From positions 58,032,001-58,096,000 of the forward strand of contig OZ024748.1 of the NCBI GenBank assembly GCA_964016885.1: a stretch of DNA of 64,000 bases, given 5' to 3'. Shown piece after piece: positions 26,284-42,480 of this stretch. Each line of letters begins with the position of its first letter. Position 1 is the first letter of the stretch. The translations under genes were made by a program, and so were the position numbers. This DNA is from Eledone cirrhosa. Its lineage: Eukaryota. The notes beneath the pieces are model-generated. The model made no database searches, was not told the origin of the DNA, and saw only the letters and a program-made list of their open reading frames with translations.

Positions 26284-27864
26284 TGTAGGAGGTGAGTTTT
26301 ATTGTAGTACAATAAAGCAATGCAGATATCGGATAAGAAGCACTCTACAGTTTATAGGACTGGAGTATACATAATATAAGATCAAAAGATGGTTAAAGGA
26401 GTTCCATGTATTTTATTATGCGCATTTCAAAAACAAACATTTTCATGCAATAATATTTGTGTTTTCATCAGATAAAACAGGAGAACATGATATGAAGGCT
26501 AAAAAACACTTGTGGATAGTGCAGTTTTAAATCAACATATGAAAAGTGGTTTTAGATCGATGTGTGATATTGGGAAAAATATTTTATTTAGAGAGGGGTG
26601 GTGGAAAGGATGAAAAGGGGGAGGAGATGAGAGGGAGAGATGGGTGATAGAGAGAAAGAGATAGTTTTTATAACTGAGAGAAGATATATTGTTTTACATA
26701 GAGAGGTTGAAAACCGTTGGAAGATAATGTATAAATTAAAAGAATTTGAAAATTAGCGAAGGGAAAGATATGTACGAGGAAAAAATATTTTATTTAGGGA
26801 GGGGGGGTGGAAAGGATGAAAAAAGGGGGAGGCGATGAGAGTGAAGGTGGAGAGGGAGAGATGGGTGATAGAGAGAAAGAGATAGTTTTTATAACTGAGA
26901 AAAGATATATTGTTTTACATAAAGAGGTTGAGAACCGTTGGAAGATAATGTATAAATTAAAAGAATTTGAAAATTAGCGAAGGGAAAAATATTTGCGAGG
27001 AAAGAGAGGGAGTTTATGTATGAAGATAGAGAGAAAAAAATAATAATTGTGGATGAATATTCTAACGTGAAAAAGGTGTATGTTGATAAGTATTGTGGCA
27101 ATTTCAAAATTAACGAAGAGAAAAAAAAATTATTAAGGTTTGTGTGTAGAAGGATTTGAGAAAAATAATGTGAAGTTAAAGTTTGTATATTGAAGGAATT
27201 GATAATATGTGCGAAGAACGAGTTAATATGTATTAAGAATGAGTTCGTTGATGGGGAGAAAAAAAAAATAAATTAAGGATGAAATTGAGATTAAAAAGTT
27301 TTATGATAGAGAGAAAAAATAATAATAATTGCGGATGAATATTCTAACGTCAAAAAAACAAATGTATATGTTATGAAGGATTTTACAAGGTGAAGATAGA
27401 AAGAGGGTAATGAGTAAACAAGTATTATAGAGTGTATAATGCCCTTTAAAGTAAGGTAGGAAGATGGGTATATTTTAAAGAGGTGTATGTATATGTGCCT
27501 TTGAGAAAAGATTGTAAATTGATAAAGAATTGAATATTAACTGTATACTTTGTGAAAAGTCCTATGGAATTTATGCAGGCAGATAGAAAACAAATCTGTA
27601 CGTCTATTTATTATAGAATCTAGATTAGAAATAATGGTAAATTTTTCATTTAGGCAGAGATTACAGATTTTATATAGAGAGCTGTTCAAGTATGAGGATG
27701 CAGAAGAAACCTTCTTCCAAAAGATGGTATATTTAATGTTTTTGTCTTTCAAGGACCATATGAGTTCTGAGAGAGCCGTGTTGGTTCTTTTAAGTTTGTA
27801 TCTGAAAGATGAATGGTGATTATATAATGTATTTGAAAGATGAATGGTGATTATATAATCACCA
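26284..27864 (-). mobile_element. PLE copy 3 (family B), truncated within the endonuclease
   Basis: 27537-27830 encodes NHHSSFRYK..LSELIWSLK..FWKK..CNLCLNEK..INRRTD..CLHK. Full 3' UTR, terminus CTCACCTCCTACA next to the TA array. Confidence 0.9.
26411..26477 (-). ncRNA. Type I hammerhead ribozyme (family B)
   Basis: Reverse complement of the 24827 motif; core intact. Confidence 0.8.
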
Positions 27865-27865
27865 T

Positions 27866-27970
27866 TGACTTTGCCTTTCATCCTTACAGGGTCGATAAAA
27901 TAAAGTTCCAGTAATGCACTGGGCAATTGCTGGCCTTGTGCCTAAAGTAGAAACAATTATTATTATTTTT
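27866..27970 (+). mobile_element. SINE 3' half
   Basis: GACTTTGCCTTTCATCCTTACAGGGTCGATAAAATAAAG..AGAAACAATTATT. Confidence 0.85.
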
Positions 27971-27982
27971 ATTATATATATT

Positions 27983-28023
<41 letters not shown>

Positions 28024-28618
28024 ATCCAGGATAAAAAAGAGATTTTCTTTTTTTGAAGACTTGGGAGAACTATTGCTTTGGGTAGAATTGGTTGCCGTAG
28101 ACCATAGATTCAATTCATCAGGGTCTAATGATAGAAAGGTAGAAAACACTTACCACAAATAGTATAAAATGAGAGTAATATATAAACATGAATTAATGTC
28201 GAATGAAAAGAAGGCGGATTAGCTTAAAAAAGTGACTATGTCTGGGATTTCAACTCATATGGCCAACAAGGAACAGTTTTGTTCAAAGAGTTGTGCTCAA
28301 TATAAAACGAACTCTGTTTGTTGAGGTGTTATCAAATAAGGTTGTGAAATATTCGCACAAATGATGTAACCCTAAGAGTTATTGTTCACAAAAAAAGAAT
28401 ATTTGTCCTTTACTATGTATTCTTAGTCAAATTTATAATTCGTTTCAAAACCACAAATTACTTTGCATAAGATTGAAAACATTTCGTGCAACCCACTGTC
28501 TATACGCTAACATCTTGAATATGCTATTAAGACGAATGCGGAAACTTGCTTTTAACACCGTTGATTTAAAAATCCGTTATACATTCGAATTAGTAAAGTA
28601 TCTCCTGAAGGTCTGTCC

Positions 28619-28804
28619 TGGCAGTATCGGTAGAGGGTCGGACATCATGCTTTGAAGCATAGAGTAACCTCTCTTTATGATCTGAGTTCAAATTCTGCCG
28701 AGGTTAACTTTGCCTTTCCTCCTTACAGGGTTGATAAAATAAAGTACCAATAATACACTGAGATAATTGCTGGCTTTGTGCCAAAAGTAGAAACAATTAT
28801 TATT
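28619..28804 (+). mobile_element. SINE copy
   Basis: Box A/B, core and tail. Confidence 0.88.
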
Positions 28805-29593
28805 ACCAGGAATCAGTAAACACAGATCCTTCAATTTACTAATCATAGTTCTCTTAAAAGGCATGGATTCATGGATTCATATTCTCACGTCCCAATTAAT
28901 GTCTTCTCCTCATTATATTCGGCAATGTATCCATATTAATGCGTATATAGACCTACCCATTCAGACGTGTACTCTCAGTCACTACACAGACTTATTTCAT
29001 CATTAGGTATTCTAGTTTTCCCCCTGTTAAAATAAATATACGAAAACAAAGTCAGCGTGAATAACGCTGTGTAGTTACGAACCTCGGTGTTGCATTAGAA
29101 ATGCAGCTTCATTGCCAGAGAATAAATTGTAGAGTAAGATGTGTATTTTTTTTCTTAGCAAATAAGCGTGCTATGAGAGATAAACGTTATCAGTATATGC
29201 ATAAATATTTATATAATGAAATATGCATGCATTGTATTCATATATGTGTTTTATCTTCGACGAAATGAAATATCATTAACTGAAGCATACGTGAGCATAT
29301 ACATCTGAAAATATGACCGAATAGAGTGTTAGGTATCAGCAATTTGTTAGTGAATGATGTTCTCCGAATCTCTACCTTAATGTATAGTTAACTAATATAT
29401 AATCGGTAATCGTTCCCTCATAGAAGACTATAATAATAGGCAAAGGGTTTACATGACGGTATCAGAAATCTAGTGAAGAGTAACTGACGACCAACAAGTA
29501 AGAATTGACACAATTTTATCCGCTGTTGATCATCCTCGGGGACGCTTCACCGGACTTCATCAACTGTGATATTATTCATATTGATCGACTATT

Positions 29594-29659
29594 AAATAAA
29601 GTACCAGTAATGTACTGGGTAATTGATGGCCTTGTGCCAAAAGTAGAAACAATTATTAT
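29594..29659 (+). mobile_element. SINE 3' fragment
   Basis: AAATAAAGTACCAG..AGAAACAATTATTA. Confidence 0.75.
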
Positions 29660-31439
29660 AGTAATTCATGTGAGCATGGCTACAATATTCACAATATTCA
29701 TTTGTAAACTATCTGCTCAAACATTGCTTTCGTTTGTGTCTGTTACAAAGCAACTGAGTGTTCAGGCTCTCTACGATGACTTGACAGAAATGAAAATAAT
29801 GTTGTACCTTTTTAGATATTAGACAACAAATCTTCATTTAGATAGATATTTAATAATATTTATAAAGGAGCAAATTTAACATCTTCCTATTAATGAAATA
29901 TACTACGATCTCAGTTACCCAGACTACAGGTTCTCCACTTGATACATATCAGTAAACTATATTTTAAGAACATTTAAATTACTGCTTACAATTTCCAGTG
30001 CACGCAAGAAAGCTTACTTGCTACGATATGTGTCACGTAGTTTTGTATTCCGCAAATTTATGGGAAATAAATTTATATTGTAAATACGTAGTTGATTGTT
30101 AGCTTGAATGTTTTTTTGATATTATATTATATGCAAGCTTAGATAAATATTGTAGAATAAGATTTATGGTTGCTATGAGCTGCGTATATGACGTAAATGT
30201 ATGCAGTATGTTTCTGATCAAAGAAATGCCTGGATATCACATACAATTACAATACTCCTTCATGAATATAAAAGTTTGAAAGTTCAAGCGATTCAAATTG
30301 CATTGTTAGCTATCCAGAAAACTGGTCTTTAGCAATTATAGTAACAATAGCATCGGATATGTTTGGTGGTAAAACCATTCTCTGCAAATCTTAGTCTACC
30401 GAAAGTTTAAAATTATCTTATGCAATGTTATGGCTTGAAATATTTTGAAATATAATGTTAACGCAAAAGCGGTTGGAACTCTGAAAGAACGAATTGTTAA
30501 TTTAACGAAATATATATTCTTCGTCGCTTCAATATAATCAATATAATCTGAAAGGAGATATTTAATAATAGAATTTTAATAAGTACTGCAGTATGAAATA
30601 GATGTAAATGCGCGTTATGTATTTTTACTGATCCTAGCTAGAACAAACAATTCTATTATTTTGGAACGGAATATTAACAAATATTCATTTTCTTTTGAAT
30701 AAACTCGAACATTATTAGCACCCATATACGGTGATGACATTCTGATCCTAGATACTACAAAACTTCTTTTTTCCATTTCTTCCATCCATTGCATACAACA
30801 TCAAATGAAATCTTTTATAGTGATATGAGTTTCACTTAGGAATGTTTGAAGTGAACCAAAGTATATTGATTCATGTCGACGAGAAAGAACTAATATATAC
30901 AACATAAGTAGGTGTTAAAATCAACAGGAGTTGTTAGCCTGGAAACTGCGAATTGCTTTCCTAAAGATAGGTTTAAAAGCTTTAATCACTAAGAATGTAT
31001 AAAGATAATGTTTGTAGATGTTTACATAGCACCATTGCAATCGTTGTATTGTATAACGAACTTGCGTCATAACACTTCATTCTAAATCAGATAGAAGAGA
31101 ATTAGCTATATCACCTATTAAGTTTGTATTGAACAGAGAGATAGGGTCCCCCGAGCATATTTTATTACCTATGTGGGGAGTATGAGAGGCTGCGACCTTG
31201 ATATTTTTCACAGCTCCTGAAATGGTGGAAAGGAATTTAACCCTAGACCAGAGAACTAAACTCAAATGTCCAGAATCCGAATCTCTTTAGATGACGAGAT
31301 TCAACTAGATGGTAGATTATATCAGCCACATATGGAGACGTTTTTACGAGGAAATGCAATAAAGAATAATAAACTAGACTCTCTGGTAACATGACTTATT
31401 CATTGTAACTTGTAGAGATATTGAATCCTACTATAAGCA

Positions 31440-31745
31440 TTCTTCTACTTCATATTCTTCGCCCACTTATTCTTAGAGAGTCATGGGGGAAGAGCCCTTA
31501 AGATTGCCTTTGAGCGAATCATGTTAGCCACGACTCTCTTCAATTCATCTGGCTGGATCCTACAGAAGGCGCAGCTGGCTCATGGATGTTATACAGCCAT
31601 CTTGATCGACGTCTACCCCTGGGTCTCCTACCGGTTGGTTCTGCTGATGAAATATGTCCACCTTTCTTTTTGGAGATATTCTATCCACATGTCCGTGATG
31701 TCGAAGCTGTACTCTCCCAATTCGCGTAAATAGCGGCATAACGTA
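31440..31745 (-). mobile_element. RTE-clade LINE 3' end remnant
   Basis: Minus-strand translation AEPTGRRPRGRRRSRWLYNI..GIQPDELKRVVAN..ILRALPP resembles the RTE/Expander C-terminal GRRPRGRPxxRW motif. Confidence 0.65.
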
Positions 31746-32157
31746 TTTCTGAAGAATCTACTTAGAATAAATATATACTGTCTACAAACTGAAATATTCA
31801 AGATGTTCTTTTCGGTGTTGTGTCAAAGGTCAATAGTAAAATTAGATGTACTATTTGCTATATCACATTGTTGCATTGCAGAAATGTGTACATTAATGCA
31901 CTAACACGTGTTTATGTGTGGTCAGCAAATATTCTGTAAACTTCAGATAACTTTGCTTCATATCATGACCTCTATTGGCAATATATATAACGTATCAGAG
32001 AACGTATACATAATTAGCACTATATTAAAAAAAAGAAATGGATACACGTTTATCGATTTTCTCATTTTATGCACATATATATATAGTTTCATATTTCTTG
32101 TTCGTTTTTAACCTAATGTTAAAAACGAACAAAAAATATGAAACTATATATATATAA

Positions 32158-32343
32158 CGAAAGAAGTGTGGTATGGAACCAGATGGACTATAACGCACCA
32201 GAGTACTCAATGCTTAGGGTAGTAGAGTGGGTAATAGGTAAGTGTTTAACCCCGACGGCAGAGCTCAAGCCGTTTCGACGTCTATTTCTGGACTCGAATA
32301 GCCGTCTGTACCAGAAATAGCCGTCGAAACGGCTTGAGCTCTG

Positions 32344-32345
<2 letters not shown>
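32158..32345. mobile_element. Palindromic PLE-type remnant family D (half-hammerheads)
   Basis: Inverted arms AATAGCCGTC GAAACGGC TTGAGCTCT GCCGTC. Long arm with tail on -. TA-flanked. Homologous to 49302-49495. Confidence 0.7.
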
Positions 32346-32420
<75 letters not shown>

Positions 32421-33059
32421 TATATAATATATATATAGAGAGAGAGAGAGATTACATGAAACAAAGTTTTGTTTAAATCATTTATTTGGTTACAATTGTT
32501 TCTTCCAAACCGAGGTTTGGGGTCTTCGGAGCAATTATTCAGTGATTTTTAACGTACTTGACCTCCTTATCAACACAAGAGACATATAGAAACATATGTA
32601 TATATTGACGAATTTATTGGGCATACATTCCAAATAAATATGCGTGACTGTATGCCCATGTGCGTGTATATATATATATGATATTTCTTTACGTATATTT
32701 ATAGGGAACTCACACAAGACGTCGTCTGTATATATATATATATATACATACCATTAAGTATCATTGATTTATTCAGGTACATACTTCAATCTTAAAAGCT
32801 CATATTTGTACTTCCCTACATTATTTTGGACAACACTGCACTATTTGATGTATATTTAAAATCAGCTATAAGTCATATACAAGTTGAGTAATGTAGGATA
32901 AATTGTGAACTTGGTGCATATAGCTTCACAGAGTTGCAGTGCCTCTATGGCATTACTGATGAATATAGATGAATGTAATTACGTTCTTTGGATGGATTGG
33001 ATACAGTGAAGTGTATACATGTTGTCATAGATGTTTCTATGATATATGCACACACAAAC

Positions 33060-33061
<2 letters not shown>

Positions 33062-33106
<45 letters not shown>

Positions 33107-33175
33107 TGTGTGTATCTGTGTGATTGTGTATATACACACGTTTCCTCGCATATATGTATATGCATTTACGTATAT

Positions 33176-33224
<49 letters not shown>

Positions 33225-33380
33225 TACATGCATAAATATATACTTGTGCATGCATGCATATGTATATCTATATATATATATAGTAATAATAATAAATATA
33301 TATATATATGTGTGTGTGTGTGTATTTATATATATATATATATATATTCATACATGCATAAATATATACTTATGCATACA

Positions 33381-33430
<50 letters not shown>
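33062..33430. repeat. Compound TA/TG microsatellite region
   Basis: Direct reading. Confidence 0.9.
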
Positions 33431-33431
<1 letters not shown>

Positions 33432-34700
33432 GGGGGTACGTGTGTGTGTATGTGTGTTTGCGTGTGTTTATATATACGTTTATGGATGGTGATTGATGGA
33501 AAATTGTATGTTTACTAGTTTTAGGATGCTTTTATCTGTCTTGGAATATATCAAACTTTGAATATAGCTCCTTAAGATGCCGAGTCGTATAGATACCTTT
33601 AACATTAGTTAACCTATACCTCTTTTCACTACTTGTTTATAATTGAATCTCCATTCTCAAACTTTACATCTCAAAAAAGTAAAATGTATATTAACATTCC
33701 TATTAACTATGAATGTTCTAACTTTGCTAATATAGGCGACGTAAATGAATGCCTCTAATGTAAATACTAGTCATGAAAACGAATAAGCACAATTTAGCTT
33801 ATTATATACGGATGAGAACTCTAATTGTCTTTTGATATGGTAGCGTACTAAAATTGAGTATTTTCAAAACGTGAGAGTAACGTATCGATATAGCCATTCT
33901 GAGGAAGTAGCGTGGACAAATCTCCCAAATTCAATACAGAATTCATAGAGACCTGCTTGACATAAAGGTATTCTAACCAACGTTGATATTTCAATATAAG
34001 AGAGGTAATAATTCCATGTCGCAATGTAATAGATTAATGAATGTATCATATGAAAATGCTTCGGTCTGAACCTTAATTTTGTAAAATTATTTCCCTAAGC
34101 ACGACGTCATATTAGTTGAGTTTATTATATATCTACAAGGATACAACATCCATAAATCCTTAAGAATTAAAAAAAAAATGCTTCGAGAGAAACCTCTGTT
34201 GGATTGCTGTAGTTGTTTTCACTGATTTTCAAATATACCTTTTACAACGTTCTAGAATATCGTAATTATGTTGCAAACCATTCGGATGATATAACGTCTG
34301 AATATTACAATAATACGGAAATGCATTAGAGATTTTTGTTAAGTCTACTTTTTTTATTCGTACATTTATTTATTTATCTATTTATTTATTTGCAAATTCA
34401 TTCAGTATTTCATTCATTTTCCAATTATCATTATAGAACTGCTTTTATTCAGATGAAAGCTTATCTACAAAATCATAAGAGCCGTTAAAGCGGATTGTTA
34501 TTTTTCAATGACAGATATATATATATAATCCATTAATATTATTTGATTTTCGTTACTCTAAAGGTTAATAATTTATATAATCAATAATATAAATAATAAA
34601 AATATTTTGGTTTATTAAAAGCATAGAAAACTTCCATACTATAGATTTTGATATAACGTTATTGCAATAAATATTATTTTTATTTTGGATACTTTGATAT

Positions 34701-34761
<61 letters not shown>

Positions 34762-34764
<3 letters not shown>

Positions 34765-35127
34765 GATATTAAACAAATGGAAACTATATTTATAAAACCA
34801 TATTTATTTCGTTATATATATTTATGGGATATCATATTAAAAATATGGTATGCCTTCCTCAGACATTTTTTTAAATGGAAGTTGCATTATTCTAAGGTAT
34901 GTCAAAATTATTTATAAAACAGCTTATATATTGTAATTTGTCTGAGGAAGGCATACCATATTTTTAATATGATATCCCAGAAATATATATAACGAAATAA
35001 ATATGGTTTTATAAATACAGTTTCCATTAGTTTAATATCGTAAACCTACTCCAAAAACTGTTGAGTGCTTTTATATCAGTTATAAAATATTTACTCGTTG
35101 TAACCCAACAATTTTAAATAAAACTTT

Positions 35128-35130
<3 letters not shown>
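34762..35130. mobile_element. PLE remnant family A: inverted pair, hammerheads at 34806-34866 (-, GAAA>TAAA) and 34937-34997 (+, intact)
   Basis: Plus copy reads tttgt CTGAGGA aggcataccatatt..aatatgatatccca GAAA TATATA TA acgaa. The plus arm has an extra ~88-nt tail. Confidence 0.8.
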
Positions 35131-38358
<3,228 letters not shown>

Positions 38359-38360
38359 AA

Positions 38361-38650
38361 GTGAATGCGCATGGTTTAGTGGTTAGAGCATTGTGCTTGC
38401 AATCGAAAGGTTGTGAGTTCAATTCTCTGACCGGGTGATGTGTTGTTACTTTGAGCAAGACACTTAATTTCACTTTGCTCCAGTTTACTCAGCTGAAAAT
38501 GATTACCAGAAATAGCTGGCGGTTTAACCCAGCGATGGACTGGCGTCCTGTCCAGGGGGGAGTCTCGTACTCTCAGTCGCTTCACGCCATGAAACCGGGA
38601 TAAGCACCGGCCAAATGAGCCTTCTGGCTTAAGACAGACTTTAGACTTAC
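38361..38650 (+). mobile_element. Second tRNA-derived SINE family (CORE-like domain)
   Basis: Box A TGGTTTAGTGG, box B GAGTTCAATTC, CORE-like TTGAGCAAGACACTT, GCGATGGACTGGCGTCCTGTCCAGGG, tail (AGACTTT)2. Confidence 0.8.
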
Positions 38651-39280
38651 GGCCCGCCCAACCAGTGGGATGGCCTCATCGTATGGCTAAAACAGCAACG
38701 TGTTGTGACTAGCGACGCCGAATGGCGCCCGACAGACTAGTCGGTCAAGGTGATATATATATATATATTCACTACAAATTAAACGCATGATAATATACTT
38801 AGCACAGTTTTATGACGATTCTTACAACTCGACAATTTATTGTTTACAAAGTAAAATCAATTCAAACTAAAATAATTGTTGCCTCAAGGAAGGTGGGTGA
38901 TCAGACACTCTCTTATATACATTCTTATATACAAGGCAAATAGCTTTTTGTTATATATATATTCTTAGGATTTAGCTTCAGGCATATCTGTAAACAGATA
39001 TGTATTGGAATAGCTATAGACAAATATTTAGAAAGTTGTGGCTATGCAAAAAGCACGGCGGCTATCGCCCTTTAGTTTTGTCAAGAAACATACCGTGTTT
39101 CTTTAGGGATACGAAATTCAAAAACATATCTGTATACAACTATGCCTGTAGTTAAATCCTAATTCTATTCTATTCTAAGTTCAGCCAACTTACGCAGCTT
39201 GATGAGAGCCACATAATTCGAAATCTATAGACAAACGAAATTCTAATATATTATATAATGTGTGTGTGTGTGCCTGTGTG

Positions 39281-39540
39281 TAGTGGTGTTCTGAAATAGC
39301 GATGTATCCATGGTTTATGTAGAGTATATTTGGAAATATACTGTATGTATAATTAAAATCATTTTGAAGACCATTCGCTGTGAGTTATAAAGTAGTGACT
39401 ATGTCACCTACTTATTCTCGGCAAAAGGAAAGATGAGTTATCGACAATCTGTTTCTCCCTTGTTAGCGTTTATCGGGACCACTCAATCCGGTCCTTCGGC
39501 CGCGAATTATAGAAGCTGGATTCCTATAGAATTACAGTAT
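39281..39540 (+). repeat. Interspersed repeat homologous to 49503-49977
   Basis: TGGTGTTCTGAAATAGCGATGT..CCATTCGCT..GTAGTGA..GGATTCCTATAGAATT is shared. Confidence 0.7.
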
Positions 39541-42360
39541 TATTTAAGAGCTGATTAAACAGTGGTTGCTGGACTAGCAAAAATTAGGTATTAATATTGG
39601 TGCTACGTTTGTACGAAATAAATTAATAGACATATGTACTAAGATGGTGATTTTGAATGTACAGTGATACTGATTATAAATTTATTCATAATTCTGCTCC
39701 ACCATGAAGAAGTTCAGACACCAAAGGAAACAGTCAAAATAACTTGCATTCGAAATTGTTAGTGAACTTAAGCATACACATTTGAGCCAACTAAAACTAG
39801 ACAGTAATTAAAACAGCTCCGACGTCATATTTTACAAATTGTGTTATAACTGAAAATGAAACACTACACATCAGTAATGTATGATAACAATCATAAACAC
39901 GTTTTAAAATTAATTACACTAAACACAGTAAATGTAAACCAAAATTATCTATAATGACCCATGCGTTTCCATAGATGACGACATGGACGAAAGGATAAAC
40001 ATTATTGCACAAGCATTGTTTTAACCACTAGGACACTGTTAGACCAACTGCACAACTACGTTTTATTACTGGCTCAAATTTCGTTATATTCTAATCTTCG
40101 TACACCGCAGGTATTATTAGATATGTTTATGCTGAGTTACCGTATTAATGAATGGGTTTAACGATCATACAACTAGCCAAATGTTATATGAAGTCCATAT
40201 AATTGTTGTTGATCATATATTTTCTATATTTATAAAAACATGACGTCTTATACACCGACGATTAAAGACGGAATCCGAGGTATAAACTAAATGACCACAT
40301 AATGCTTAACAAGTTCAGTACGTAATCATTTTGATAATTGTGAAAAAATACTCTTGACAGGTGCAATGTGTCCGAACACAGAAGAGCCGAACTCCCACCG
40401 TTATCTCCCCATCCCTCTCGGCCTTCCTATCTATCTGTATAGTGAGAAAATGGGGTCCTTTGCGCTGGCCGCCCCACAGCCTCGGCGGACAGAATGGAGA
40501 AGGCGTTTCCCCGGAGGAGTAATATATATTTCAAATGTTATAAAGACACGAAATTATATGTAGCATTGCCAAACAGTATATATTGATTCATTTTAGAAGG
40601 ATACAAGTGTTCTTCCGTCTACCATATACGTTAGGCTCATAATGGTTCATTCCTACCTCTAGCGGTAGAATATTTTGAAATGTGATAAAATATTGAATGT
40701 CTCATAATTGGCTCTGCGTCAAATCCTCTACATAAAAGGAGCATGTTGTATTTCTAGATTCTGTGTTTGTATATATGTATGTAAGTATATACGTACGTAC
40801 TACCCAATTATCTGCGTTTGTATGTAAAGCAACATATATTTGCGGCAATGTAGACATGAATAAAATAGAAATCATAGGATGACAAATTAACTGAAAGAAT
40901 AAAACATATGATGATGTAAAAAATAAATAAGGACATACTTCAATGAGTTGTTTGTAGTAATGATGAAACTTCGAAGTCTATTTTCTTTTCATCTGCTCTA
41001 TAATTACGTGAGACATTTTATAGTCGTTTTAAACATTATAAATAGTCTTACCTCCTACTCCATAATATTACATATTGAGAAATGTTACTGAGTGCTTCAC
41101 TTAATTTCTCTCTTACGAAACGTGATTTCAAAGCTGAATAAGACATGTGTTAATAAGAAATTAGCCTGCCTACCTTAATTATATGGTTTTAATTCATTAA
41201 AATAGATTACATGTTCTCTAAAAATATCATATACATCCTAATTAGAAAATGTAACCAACGATGACACATCGACACGATTTTACTCACGAGGTAATTCAGT
41301 GTTGTGGGGACATCTATTTCTCCCAGTAGTATCTAGGTGTATCGTATATTTTATTCATTTGACACTGTAAAAGTCCCTGCTTATTCTTCAGACTCTCAAT
41401 GAACTTCTTTTTCTTGAATATTCTTATAATGCACAGTGTTACGCAACATTTTATATTTTCTACTAATTATTTATTAAATTTAAGTCACCTGATATTTAAC
41501 ATTCTATGTAAACTACTATATAGATGAATTCCTGAAGGCCAATGTTCAAGAAATCAAAGGATTTGTTAAGCATATACTTGTCCACACAATCGATTGATCT
41601 ACTATAAATATCCGCCAATTTTCCCATATCATGTGTAAACTGAGCAATCCTCTGTCTAGTACATGTTACCAGTATAAAATATACTCGAATGAAAGGTCTT
41701 TGCAGAAGGTATCGATTCATTATACCGAAATTGGGTTAAAAATTGAAAGAAAATTCCCAACTAAATAAATGGACTTTCCATTTTTCAAATATGATTTTAA
41801 ATACTCATTTACTCATTACAATGCCATGTACATATAACAGGACAATTAAACATAGATTGTTAGTGATTAGGCACGGCAAACGGATCAGTTGATGGTGTAT
41901 AACACGCCTCTCCATAACTGGGAGATATCATGGATATCCGACAAACAGTTAGTAATTGTATGATACGCATTGTGACTGTCATAATATATTTTGCCTGCAC
42001 TGACTAATATGTTTCCATACACTACCCTATATACTACACAACAGCATGCAATATACAAGCGTGGTGGGTGAGCAGTTTAGCACTCTCTACATGTATTCTC
42101 TGCACGTTCCAGTTTCACTAACATAACAAATGTTAGTATCTAGTGGTATTTAATTTTTGTCAAGATACATAATGGCAAATTGAATATGTAATCTCTGCAC
42201 TACGTTATCTATTTTAATACAAATATATAAGCTGAGCTATTAGCACCAACACTGGTGAATTGCCTGGCCACACTTAATATTTCTTCATAATTTAATATTA
42301 GTAATTTGTCTCAGAGGAGATTGTTTCGAAGTAATCGGGATGTTGATAATCTATTTCTGT

Positions 42361-42480
42361 GTATTTGAACTCTTAGCTGTGTATGTGAACTTGTAGTTGC
42401 GTATGTGAACTTGTAGCTGTGTATGTGAACATGTAGCTGTGTATGTGAACTATTAGCTGCGTAGGTGAACTCTTAGCAGG
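42361..42480. repeat. 20-bp minisatellite, ~6 copies
   Basis: GTATGTGAAC-nnnTAGCTGT repeated. Confidence 0.9.

Noticed and set aside
27537-27926. 129-aa ORF as a standalone gene
   Set aside because: Chance fusion of antisense SINE sequence to the truncated PLE endonuclease.
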